Assembly (NCBI GenBank): GCA_964035545.1
Contig: CAXIUT010000097.1
Location: 124,001 to 188,000, forward strand
Origin: Bugula neritina
Taxonomy: Eukaryota; Animalia; Bryozoa
DNA length: 64,000 nucleotides
Reading direction: 5' to 3'
Shown: piece by piece, positions 11,401 to 27,200 of the stretch
How positions within the stretch are numbered: position 1 is the stretch's first letter
Layout: each line of letters begins with the position of its first letter
Notes under the pieces: generated by a model
Database searches by the model: none
What the model was told of the DNA's origin: nothing
The model's input: only the letters and a program-made list of their open reading frames with translations
Program-made: the position numbers and the translations under genes

Positions 11401-14400
11401 CTGCTACATACTGAAATATACTGCGACACACTACAACATGCTGCAACATACTAAAGTATACTGCAACATACTGAAATACACTGTAAAATACTGAAATACA
11501 CTATAACATACTGAAATATACTGCAACACATTGAAATATACTGCAAAATACTGAAATACACTGCTACATACTGAAATATACTGCGACACACTGCAACATA
11601 CTGCAACATACTAAAATATACTGCAACATACTGAAATACACTGCAAAATACTGAAATACACTGTAACATACTGAAATATACTGCAACATACTGAAATACA
11701 CTGCTACATACTGAAATATACTGCAAAATACTGCAACATACTAAAATACAATGTAACATATTGAAATACACTGCAACACATTGAAATATACTGCAAAATA
11801 CTGAAATACACTGCTACATACTGAAATATACTGCGACACACTGCAACATACTGCAACATACTAAAATACACTGCAACATACTGAAATACACTGCAGAATA
11901 CTGAAATACACTGTAACATACTGAAATATACTGCAAAATACTGAAATACACTGCTACATACTGAATTATACTGCAACACACTGCGACGTACTGCAACATA
12001 CTAAAATACACTGTAACATATTGAAATACACTGCAACACATTGAAATATACTGCAATGTACCGAAATATATGGTAAACTACTGAAATATACTGTCACACA
12101 TTGAAAAATACTGCAACATACTGAAATATACTGCGACTCATTGCAATATACTGTAGCATACTGAAATACGCTGTAGCACACTGAAATACACTGCAACTCA
12201 CTGAAATATACTGCAAAATATTGGAATACACTGCTACATACTGAAATATACTGCGACACACTACAACATACTGCAACATACTAAAGTATACTGCAACATA
12301 CTGAAATACACTGTAAAATACTGAAATACACTATAACATACTGAAATATACTGCAACATACTGAAATATACTGCTACATACTGAAATATACTGCCACACA
12401 CTGCAACATACTGCAACATACCAGAACACACTGCAAAATACTGAAATACACTGTAACATACTGAAGTATACTGCAACATACTGAAATACACTGCTACATA
12501 CTGAAATATACTGCAACACACAGCAACATACTGCAACATACTAAAATACACTGTAACATATTGGAATACACTGCAACACATTAATTATACTGCAAAATAC
12601 TGAAATACACTGCTACATACTGAAATATACTGCAACATACTGCAACATACTGAAATACACTGCAACACATTCAAATACACCGCAAAATACTACAACATAC
12701 TGAAATGCACTGTAACATATTGAAATACACTGCAACGCATTGAAATATACTGCAATGTACCGAAATATATGGTAAACTACTGAAATATACTGTCACACAT
12801 TGAAAAACACTGCAACATACTGAAATATACTGCGACACATTGCAATATACTGTAACATACTGAAATATACTGCGATACACTGCAACATACTGCAACATAC
12901 TAAAATATACTGCAACATACTGAAATACGCTGCAAAATACTGAAATACACTGTAACATACTGAAATATACTGCAACATACTGAAGTACACTCCTACATAC
13001 TGAAATATACTGCAACTCACTGCAACATACTGCAACATACTAAATTACACTGTAACATATTGAAATACACTGCAACACATTGAAATATACTGCAAAATAC
13101 TGAAATACACTGCTACATACTGAAATATACTGCGACACACTGCAACATACTGCAACATACTAAAATATACTGCAACATACTGAAATACACTGCAAAATAC
13201 TGAAATACACTGTAACATACTGAAAAATACTGCAACATACTGAAGTACACTCCTACATACTGAAATATACTGCAACTCACTGCAACATACTGCAACATAC
13301 TAAATTACACTGTAACATATTGAAATACACTGCAACACATTGAAATATACTGCAAAATACTGAAATACACTGCTACAACACTGAAATATATTCAACACAC
13401 GGCAACATACTGCAACATACTAAAATATGCTGCAATATACTGAAATCCACTGCAAAATACTGAAATACACTATAACATACTGAAATATACTGCAACATAC
13501 TGCAACATACTGAAATACACTGCAACACATTCAAATACACCGCAAAAAACTACAACATACTGAAATGCACTGTAACATATTGAAATACACTGCAACGCAT
13601 TAGAATATACTGCAATGTACTGAAATATATGGTAAACTACTTAAATATACTGTCACACATTGAAAAACACTGCAACATACTGAAATATACTGCGACACAT
13701 TGCAATATACTGTAACATACTGAAATAGGCTGTAGCACACTGAAATACACTGCAACTCACTGAAATATACTGCAACATACTGAAATACACTGTAACATAT
13801 TGAAATATACTGCAACACACCGAAATATAGTGCTACATACTGAAATATACTGCAACATACTGCAACATAGTGAAATACACTGTAACATACTGAAATACAC
13901 TGCAACATACTACAACATAATTCAATACACTGCAACACATTGAAATATACTGCAACATACCTAAATATACGATAATATACTGAAATATACTCTAACACAT
14001 TGAAAAACACTGCAACATACTGAAATACACTGCAACACATTCAAATACACCGCAAAATACTACAACATACTGAAATACACTGTAACACACTGAAATATAC
14101 TGCAAAATACTGAAATACACTGCTACATACTGAAATATACTGCAACACACTGCGACATACTGCAACATACTAAAATACACTGTAACATATTGAAATACAC
14201 TGCAACTCACTGAAATATGCTGCAACATACTGCAACATAGTGAAATACACTGTAACATACTGAAATACACTGCGACATACTACAACATATTGAAAGACAC
14301 TGCAACACATTGAAATATACTGCAACACACCTAAATATACGGTAATATACCAAAATATACTGTAACACATTTAAAAACACTGCAACCTACTGAAATACAC

Positions 14401-17400
14401 TGCAACACACTGAAATACCCTGCAAAATACTGTAACACACTGAAATATACTGCAACACACTGCAATTTACTGCAACATACTAAAATACACTGCAACATAC
14501 TGAAATACACTGCAAAATACTGAAATATACTGCAACACACTGCAACTTACTGCAACATACTAAAATACACTGTAACATATTGAATTACACTGCAACACAT
14601 TGAAATATACTGCAAAATACTGAAATACACTGCTACATACTGAAATATACTGCGACACACTGCAACATACTGCAACATACTAAAATATACTGCAACATAC
14701 TGAAATACACTGCAAAATACTGAAATACACTGTAACATACTGAAATATACTGCAACATACTGAAATACACTGCTACATACTGAAATATACTGCAAAATAC
14801 TGCAACATACTAAAATACAATGTAACATATTGAAATACACTGCAACACATTGAAATATACTGCAAAATACTGAAATACACTGCTACATACTGAAATATAC
14901 TGCGACACACTGCAACATACTGCAACATACTAAAATACACTGCAACATACTGAAATACACTGCAGAATACTGAAATACACTGTAACATACTGAAATATAC
15001 TGCAAAATACTGAAAAACACTGCTACATACTGAATTATACTGCAACACACTGCGACATACTGCAACATACTAAAATACACTGTAACATATTGAAATACAC
15101 TGCAACACATTGAAATATACTGCAATGTACCGAAATATATGGTAAACTACTGAAATATACTGTCACACATTGAAAAATACTGCAACATACTGAAATATAT
15201 TGCGACACATTGCAATATACTGTAGCATACTGAAATACGCTGTAGCACACTGAAATACACTGCAACTCACTGAAATATACTGCAAAATACTGGAATACAC
15301 TGCTACATACTGAAATATACTGCGACACACTACAACATACTGCAACATACTAAAGTATACTGCAACATACTGAAATACACTGTAAAATACTGAAATACAC
15401 TATAACATACTGAAATATACTGCAACACATTGAAATATACTGCAAAATACTGAAATACACTGCTACATACTGAAATATACTGCGACACGCTGCAACATAC
15501 TGCAACATACTAAAATATACTGCAACATACTGAAATACACTGCAAAATACTGAAATACACTGTAACATACTGAAATATACTGCAACATACTGAAATACAC
15601 TGCTACATACTGAAATATACTGCAAAATACTGCAACATACTAAAATACAAAGTAACATATTGAAATACACTGCAACACATTGAAATATACTGCAAAATAC
15701 TGAAATACACTGCTACATACTGAAATATACTGCGACACACTGCAACATACTGCAACATACTAAAATACACTGCAACATACTGAAATACACTGCAGAATAC
15801 TGAAATACACTGTAACATACTGAAATATACTGCAAAATACTGAAATACACTGCTACATACTGAATTATACTGCAACACACTGCGACATACTGCAACATAC
15901 TAAAATACACTGTAACATATTGAAATACACTGCAACACATTGAAATATACTGCAAAATACTGAAATACACTGCTACAACACTGAAATATATTCAACACAC
16001 GGCAACATACTGCAACATACTAAAATATGCTGCAATATACTGAAATCCACTGCAAAATACTGAAATACACTATAACATACTGAAATATACTGCAACATAC
16101 TGCAACATACTGAAATACACTGCAACACATTCAAATACACCGCAAAAAACTACAACATACTGAAATGCACTGTAACATATTGAAATACACTGCAACGCAT
16201 TAAAATATACTGCAATGTACTGAAATATATGGTCAACTACTTAAATATACTGTCACACATTGAAAAACACTGCAACATACTGAAATATACTGCGACACAT
16301 TGCAATATACTGTAACATACTGAAATAGGCTGTAGCACACTGAAATACACTGCAACTCACTGAAATATACTGCAACATACTGAAATACACTGTAACATAT
16401 TGAAATATACTGCAACACACTGAAATATAGTGCTACATACTGAAATATACTGCAACATACTGCAACATAGTGAAATACACTGTAACATACTGAAATACAC
16501 TGCAACATACTACAACATAATTCAATACACTGCAACACATTGAAATATACTGCAACATACCTAAATATACGATAATATACTGAAATATACTCTAACACAT
16601 TGAAAAACACTGCAACATACTGAAATACACTGCAACACATTCAAATACATTGCAAAATACTACAACATACTGAAATACACTGTAACACACTGAAATATAC
16701 TGCAAAATACTGAAATACACTGCTACATACTGAAATATACTGCAACACACTGCGACATACTGCAACATACTAAAATACACTGTAACATATTGAAATACAC
16801 TGCAACTCACTGAAATATGCTGCAACATACTGCAACATAGTGAAATACACTGTAACATACTGAAATACACTGCGACATACTACAACATATTGAAAGACAC
16901 TGCAACACATTGAAATATACTGCAACACACCTAAATATACGGTAATATACCAAAATATACTGTAACACATTTAAAAACACTGCAACCTACTGAAATACAC
17001 TGCAACACACTGAAATACACTGCAAAATACTGTAACACACTGAAATATACTGCAACACACTGCAATTTACTGCAACATACTAAAATACACTGCAACATAC
17101 TGAAATACACTGCAAAATACTGAAATATACTGCAACACACTGCAACTTACTGCAACATACTAAAATACACTGTAACATATTGAATTACACTGCAACACAT
17201 TGAAATATACTGCAAAATACTGAAATACACTGCTACATACTGAAATATACTGCGACACACTGCAACATACTGCAACATACTAAAATATACTGCAACATAC
17301 TGAAATACACTGTAACATATTGAAATACACTGCAACATATTGAAATATACTGCAATGTACCGAAATATATGGTAAACTACTGAAATATACTGTCACACAT

Positions 17401-20400
17401 TGAAAAATACTGCAACATACTGAAATATACTGCGACACATTGCAATATACTGTAGCATACTGAAATACGCTGTAGCACACTGAAATACACTGCAACTCAC
17501 TGAAATATACTGCAAAATACTGGAATACACTGCTACATACTGAAATATACTGCGACACACTACAACATACTGCAACATACTAAAGTATACTGCAACATAC
17601 TGAAATACACTGTAAAATACTGAAATACACTATAACATACTGAAATATAATGCAACACATTGAAATATACTGCAAAATACTGAAATACACTGCTACATAC
17701 TGAAATATACTGCGACACACTGCAACATACTGCAACATACTAAAATATACTGCAACATACTGAAATACACTGCAAAATACTGAAATACACTGTAACATAC
17801 TGAAATATACTGCAACATACTGAAATACACTGCTACATACTGAAATATACTGCAAAATACTGCAACATACTAAAATACAATGTAACATATTGAAATACAC
17901 TGCAACACATTGAAATATACTGCAAAATACTGAAATACACTGCCACATACTGAAATATACTGCGACACACTGCAACATACTGCAACATACTAAAATACAC
18001 TGCAACATACTGAAATACACTGCAGAATACTGAAATACACTGTAACATACTGAAATACACTGCAAAATACTGAAATACACTGCTACATACTGAATTATAC
18101 TGCAACACACTGCGACATACTGCAACATACTAAAATACACTGTAACATATTGAAATACACTGCAACACATTGAAATATACTGCAATGTACCGAAATATAT
18201 GGTAAACTACTGAAATATACTGTCACACATTGAAAAATACTGCAACATACTGAAATATACTGCGACACATTGCAATATACTGTAGCATACTGAAATACGC
18301 TGTAGCACACTAAAATACACTGCAACTCACTGAAATATACTGCAAAATACTGGAATACACTGATACATACTGAAATATACTGCGACACACTACAACATAC
18401 TGCAACATACTAAAGTATACTGCAACATACTGAAATACACTGTAAAATACTGAAATACACTATAACATACTGAAATATACTGCAACATACTGAAATATAC
18501 TGCTACATACTGAAATATACTGCCACACACTGCAACATACTGCAACATACCAGAACACACTGCAAAATACTGAAATACACTGTAACATACTGAAGTATAC
18601 TGCAACATACTGAAATACACTGCTACATACTGAAATATACTGCAACACACTGCGACATACTGCAACATACTAAAATACACTGTAACATATTGAAATACAC
18701 TGCAACTCACTGAAATATGCTGCAACATACTGCAACATAGTGAAATACACTGTAACATACTGAAATACACTGCGACATACTACAACATATTGAAAGACAC
18801 TGCAACACATTGAAATATACTGCAACACACCTAAATATACGGTAATATACCAAAATATACTGTAACACATTTAAAAACACTGCAACCTACTGAAATACAC
18901 TGCAACACACTGAAATACACTGCAAAATACTGTAACACACTGAAATATACTGCAACACACTGCAATTTACTGCAACATACTAAAATACACTGCAACATAC
19001 TGAAATACACTGCAAAATACTGAAATATACTGCAACACACTGCAACTTACTGCAACATACTAAAATACACTGTAACATATTGAATTACACTGCAACACAT
19101 TGAAATATACTGCAAAATACTGAAATACACTGCTACATACTGAAATATACTGCGACACACTGCAACATACTGCAACATACTAAAATATACTGCAACATAC
19201 TGAAATACACTGTAACATATTGAAATACACTGCAACACATTGAAATATACTGCAATGTACCGAAATATATGGTAAACTACTGAAATATACTGTCACACAT
19301 TGAAAAATACTGCAACATACTGAAATATACTGCGACACATTGCAATATACTGTAGCATACTGAAATACGCTGTAGCACACTGAAATACACTGCAACTCAC
19401 TGAAATATACTGCAAAATACTGGAATACACTGCTACATACTGAAATATACTGCGACACACTACAACATACTGCAACATACTAAAGTATACTGCAACATAC
19501 TGAAATACACTGTAAAATACTGAAATACACTATAACATACTGAAATATACTGCAACACATTGAAATATACTGCAAAATACTGAAATACACTGCTACATAC
19601 TGAAATATACTGCGACACACTGCAACATACTGCAACATACTAAAATATACTGCAACATACTGAAATACACTGCAAAATACTGAAATACACTGTAACATAC
19701 TGAAATATACTGCAACATACTGAAATACACTGCTACATACTGAAATATACTGCAAAATACTGCAACATACTAAAATACAATGTAACATATTGAAATACAC
19801 TGCAACACATTGAAATATACTGCAAAATACTGAAATACACTGCCACATACTGAAATATACTGCGACACACTGCAACATACTGCAACATACTAAAATACAC
19901 TGCAACATACTGAAATACACTGCAGAATACTGAAATACACTGTAACATACTGAAATACACTGCAAAATACTGAAATACACTGCTACATACTGAATTATAC
20001 TGCAACACACTGCGACATACTGCAACATACTAAAATACACTGTAACATATTGAAATACACTGCAACACATTGAAATATACTGCAATGTACCGAAATATAT
20101 GGTAAACTACTGAAATATACTGTCACACATTGAAAAATACTGCAACATACTGAAATATACTGCGACACATTGCAATATACTGTAGCATACTGAAATACGC
20201 TGTAGCACACTAAAATACACTGCAACTCACTGAAATATACTGCAAAATACTGGAATACACTGATACATACTGAAATATACTGCGACACACTACAACATAC
20301 TGCAACATACTAAAGTATACTGCAACATACTGAAATACACTGTAAAATACTGAAATACACTATAACATACTGAAATATACTGCAACATACTGAAATATAC

Positions 20401-20698
20401 TGCTACATACTGAAATATACTGCCACACACTGCAACATACTGCAACATACCAGAACACACTGCAAAATACTGAAATACACTGTAACATACTGAAGTATAC
20501 TGCAACATACTGAAATACACTGCTACATACTGAAATATACTGCAACACACAGCAACATACTGCAACATACTAAAATACACTGTAACATATTGGAATACAC
20601 TGCAACACATTAATTATACTGCAAAATACTGAAATACACTGCTACATACTGAAATATACTGGAACATACTGCAACATACTGAAATACACTGCAACACA

Positions 20699-21208
20699 TT
20701 CAAATACACCTCAAAATACTACAACATACTGAAATGCACTGTAACATATTGAAATACACTGCAACGCATTGAAATATACTGCAATGTACCGAAATATATG
20801 GTAAACTACTGAAATATACTGTCACACATTGAAAAACACTGCAACATACTGAAATATACTGCGACACATTGCAATATACTGTAACATACTGAAATAGGCT
20901 GTAGCACACTGAAATACACTGCAACTCACTGAAATATACTGCAACATACTGAAATACACTGTAACATATTAAAATATACTGCAACATACTGAAATATAGT
21001 GCTACATACTGAAATATACTGCAACATACTGCAACATAGTGAAATACACTGTAACATACTGAAATACACTGCAACATACTACAACATATTGAAATACACT
21101 GCAACACATTGAAATATACTGCAACACACCTAAATATACGGTAATATACTGAAATATACTGTAACACATTGAAAAACACTGCAACATACTGAAATACACT
21201 GCAACACA
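20699..21208 (+). repeat. Example of the 510-bp (51-monomer) higher-order repeat unit
   Basis: Marker TTCAAATAYA.. recurs at exactly 510 bp at 9631/10141, 13530/14040, 16130/16640, 20699/21209 and 27235/27745, with the same order of variant words in between. Confidence 0.8.
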
Positions 21209-24200
21209 TTCAAATACACCGCAAAATACTACAACATACTAAAATACACTGTAACATATTGAAATACACTGCAACACATTGAAATATACTGCAATGTACC
21301 GAAATATATGGTAAACTACTGAAATATACTGTCACACATTGAAAAATACTGCAACATACTGAAATATACTGCGACACATTGCAATATACTGTAACATACT
21401 GAAATATGCTGTAGCACACTGAAATACACTGCAACTCACTGAAATATACTGCAACATACTGAAACACACTGTAACCTATTGAAGTATACTGCAACATGCT
21501 GAAATACATTGCTACATACTGAAATATACTGCAACATACTGCAACATACTGAAATACACTGTAACATACTGATATACCCTGCAACATACTACAACATATT
21601 GAAAGACACTGCAACACATTGAAATATACTGCAACATACCTAAATATACGGTAATATACCAAAATATACTGTAACACATTGAAAAGTACTGCAACATACT
21701 GAAATACACTGCAACACACCGAAAAACACTGAAAATACTGTAACACACTGAAATATACTGCAAAATACTGAAATACACTGCTACATACTGAAATACACTG
21801 CAACACACTACAACATACTGCAACATACTAAAATATACTGCAACATACTGAAATACACTGCAAAATACTGAAATACACTGTAACATACTGAAGTATACTG
21901 CAACATACTGAAATACACTGCTACATACTGAAATATACTGCGACACATTGCAATATACTGTAACATACTGAAATAGGCTGTAGCACACTGAAATACACTG
22001 CAACTCACTGAAATATACTGCAACATACTGAAATACACTGTAACATATTAAAATATACTGCAACATACTGAAATATAGTGCTACATACTGAAATATACTG
22101 CAACATACTGCAACATAGTGAAATACACTGTAACATACTGAAATACACTGCAACATACTACAACATATTGAAATACACTGCAACACATTGAAATATACTG
22201 CAACACAACTAAATATACGGTAATATACTGAAATATACTGTAACACATTGAAAAACACTGCAACATACTGAAATACACTGCAACACATTCAAATACACCG
22301 CAAAATACTACAACATACTGAAATGCACTGTAACATATCGAAATACACTGCAACGCATTGAAATATACTGCAATGTACCAAAATATATGGTAAACTACTG
22401 AAATATACTGTCACACATTGAAAAATACTGCAACATACTGAAATATACTGCGACACATTGCAATATACTGTAACATACTGAAATATGCTGTAGCACACTG
22501 AAATACACTGCAACATACTGAAATACACTGTAACATATTAAAATATACTGCAACATACTGAAATACACTGCAGAATACCGAAATACACTGTAACATACTG
22601 AAATATACTGCAAAATACTGAAATACACTGCTACATACTGAAATATACTGCGACACACTGTGACATACTGCAACATACTAAAATACACTGTAACATATTG
22701 AAATACACTGCAACACATTGAAATATACTGCAATGTACCGAAATATATGGTAAACTACTGAAATATACTGTCACACATTGAAAAATACTGCAACATACTG
22801 AAATATACTGCGACACATTGCAATATACTGTAACATACTGAAATATGCTGTAGCACACTGAAATACACTGCAACTCACTGAAATATACTGCAACATACTG
22901 AAACACACTGTAACCTATTGAAATATACTGCAACATACTGAAATACATTGCTACATACTGAAATATACTGCAACATACTGCAACATACTGAAGGACACTG
23001 TAACATACTGATATACCCTGCAACATACTACAACATATTGAAAGACACTGCAACACATTGAAATATACTGCAACATACCTAAATATACGGTAATATACCA
23101 AAATATACTGTAACACATTGAAAAGTACTGCAACATACTGAAATACACTGCAACACACCGAAAAACACTGAAAATACTGTAACACACTGAAATATACTGC
23201 AAAATACTGAAATACACTGCTACATACTGAAATACACTGCAACACACTACAACATACTGCAACATACTAAAATATACTGCAACATACTGAAATACACTGC
23301 AAAATACTGAAATACACTGTAACATACTGAAGTATACTGCAACATACTGAAATACACTGCTACATACTGAAATATACTGCAACACACAGCAACATACTGC
23401 AACATACTAAAATACACTGTAACATATTGGAATACACTGCAACACATTGAAATATACTGCAAAATACTGAAATACACTGCTACATACTGAAATATACTGC
23501 AACATACTGCAACATACTGAAATACACTGCAACACATTCAAATACACCGCAAAATACTACAACATACTGAAATGCACTGTAACATATTGAAATACACTGT
23601 AACATATTAAAATATACGGCAACATACTGAAATATACTGCGACACATTGCAATATACTGTAACATACTGAAATAGGCTGTAGCACACTGAAATACACTGC
23701 AACTCACTGAAATATACTGCAACATACTGAAATACACTGTAACATATTGAAATATACTGCAACACACTGAAATATAGTGCTACATACTGAAATATACTGC
23801 TACATACTGAAATACACTGCAACATACTGCAACATACTGAAATACACTGCAACACATTGAAATATACTGCAACATACCTAAATATACGGTAATATACTGA
23901 AAAATACTGTAACACATTGAAAAACACTGCAACATACTGAAATACACTGCAACACATTCAAATACACCGCAAAATACTACAACATACTGAAATGCACTGT
24001 AACATATTGAAATACACTGCAACACATTGAAATATACTGCAATGTACCGAAATATATGGTAAACTACTGAAATATACTGTCACACATTGAAAAATACTGC
24101 AACATACTGAAATATACTGCGACACATTGCAATATACTGTAACATACTGAAATATGCTGTAGCACACTGAAATACACTGCAACATACTGAAATACACTGT

Positions 24201-27200
24201 AACATATTAAAATATACTGCAACATACTGAAATACACTGCAGAATACCGAAATACACTGTAACATACTGAAATATACTGCAAAATACTGAAATACACTGC
24301 TACATACTGAAATATACTGCGACACACTGCGACATACTGCAACATACTAAAATACACTGTAACATATTGAAACACACTGCAACACATTGAAATATACTGC
24401 AATGTACCGAATTATATGGTAAACTACTGAAATATACTCTAACACATTGAAAAACACTGCAACATACTGAAATATACTGCGACACATTGCAATATACTGT
24501 AACATACTGAAATATGCTGTAGCACACTGAAATACACTGCAACTCACTGAAATATACTGCAACATACTGAAACACACTGTAACATATTGAAATACACTGC
24601 AACACATTGAAATATACTGCAATGTACCGAAATATATGGTAAACTACTGAAATATACTGTCACACATTGAAAAATACTGCAACATACTGAAATATACTGC
24701 GACACATTGCAATATACTGTAACATACTGAAATAGGCTGTAGCACACTGAAATACACTGCAACTCACTGAAATATACTGCAACATACTGAAATACACTGT
24801 AACATATTGAAATATACTGCAACACACTGAAATATAGTGCTACATACTGAAATATACTGCAACATACTGCAACATAGTGAAATACACTGTAACATACTGA
24901 AATACACTGCAACATACTACAACATATTTCAATACACTGCAACACATTGAAATATACTGCAACATACCTAAATATACGATAATATACTGAAATATACTCT
25001 AACACATTGAAAAACACTGCAACATACTGAAATACACTGCAACACATTCAAATACACCGCAAAATACTACAACATACTGAAATACACTGTAACACACTGA
25101 AATATACTGCAAAATACTGAAATACACTGCTACATACTGAAATATACTGCAACACACTGCGACATACTGCAACAAACTAAAATACACTGTAACATATTGA
25201 AATACACTGCAACACATTGAAATATACTGCAATGTACCGAAATATATGGTAAACTACTGAAATATACTGTCACACATTGAAAAATACTGCAACATACTGA
25301 AATATACTGCGACACATTGCAATATACTGTAACATACTGAAATATGCTGTAGCACACTGAAATACACTGCAACATACTGAAATACACTGTAACGTATTAA
25401 AATATACTGCAACATACTGAAATACACTGCAGAATACCGAAATACACTGTAACATACTGAAATATACTGCAAAATACTGAAATACACTGCTACATACTGA
25501 AATATACTGCGACACACTGCGACATACTGCAACATACTAAAATACACTGTAACATATTGAAACACACTGCAACACATTGAAATATACTGCAATGTACCGA
25601 AATATATGGTAAACTACTGAAATATACTGTCACACATTGAAAAATACTGCAACATACTGAAATGTACTGCGACACATTGCAATATACTGTAACATACTGA
25701 AATATGCTGTAGCACACTGAAATACACTGCAACTCACTGAAATATACTGCAACATACTGAAACACACTGTAACATATTGAAATATACTGCAACATACTGA
25801 AATACATTGCTACATACTGAAATATACTGCAACATACTGCAACATACTGAAATACACTGTAATATACTGAAATACGCTGCAACATACTACAACATATTGA
25901 AAGACACTGCAACACAGTGAAATATACTGCAACATACCTAAATATACGGCAACATACCAAAATACACTGTAACACATTGAAAAATACTGCAACATACTGA
26001 AATACACTGCAACACATCGAAAAACACTGAAAATACTGTAAAACACTGAAATATACTGCAAAATACTGAAATACACTGCTACATACTGAAATATACTGCG
26101 ACACACTGCAACATACTGCAACATACTAAAATATACTGCAACATACTGAAATACACTGCAAAATACTGAAATACACTGTAACATACTGAAATATACTGCA
26201 ACATACTGAAGTACACTCCTACATACTGAAATATACTGCAACTCACTGCAACATACTGCAACATACTAAATTACACTGTAACATATTGAAATACACTGCA
26301 ACACATTGAAATATACTGCAAAATACTGAAATACACTGCTACATACTGAAATATACTGCGACACACTGCAACATACTGCAACATACTAAAATATACTGCA
26401 ACATACTGAAATACACTGCAAAATACTGAAATACACTGTAACATACTGAAATATACTGCAACATACTGAAGTACACTCCTACATACTGAAATATACTGCA
26501 ACTCACTGCAACATACTGCAACATACTAAATTACACTGTAACATATTGAAATACACTGCAACACATTGAAATATACTGCAAAATACTGAAATACACTGCT
26601 ACAACACTGAAATATATTCAACACACGGCAAAATACTGCAACATACTAAAATATGCTGCAATATACTGAAATCCACTGCAAAATACTGAAATACACTATA
26701 ACATACTGAAATATACTGCAACATACTGAAATATACTGCTACATACTGAAATATACTGCCACACACTGCAACATACTGCAACATACCAGAACACACTGTA
26801 ACATAATGAAATACACTGCAACACATTGAAATATACTGCAAAATACTGAAATACACTGCTATATACTGAAATACACTGCAACACACTACAACATACTGCA
26901 ACATACGAAAATATACTGCAACATACTGAAATACACTGCAAAATACCGAAATACACTGTAACATACTGAAGTATACTGCAACATACTGAAATACACTGCA
27001 AAATACTGAAATACACTGTAACATACTGAAGTATACTGCAACATACTGAAATACACTGCTACATACTGAAATATACTGCAACACACAGCAACATACTGCA
27101 ACATCCTAAAATACACTGTAACATATTGGAATACACTGCAACACATTAATTATACTGCAAAATACTGAAATACACTGCTACATACTGAAATATACTGCAA

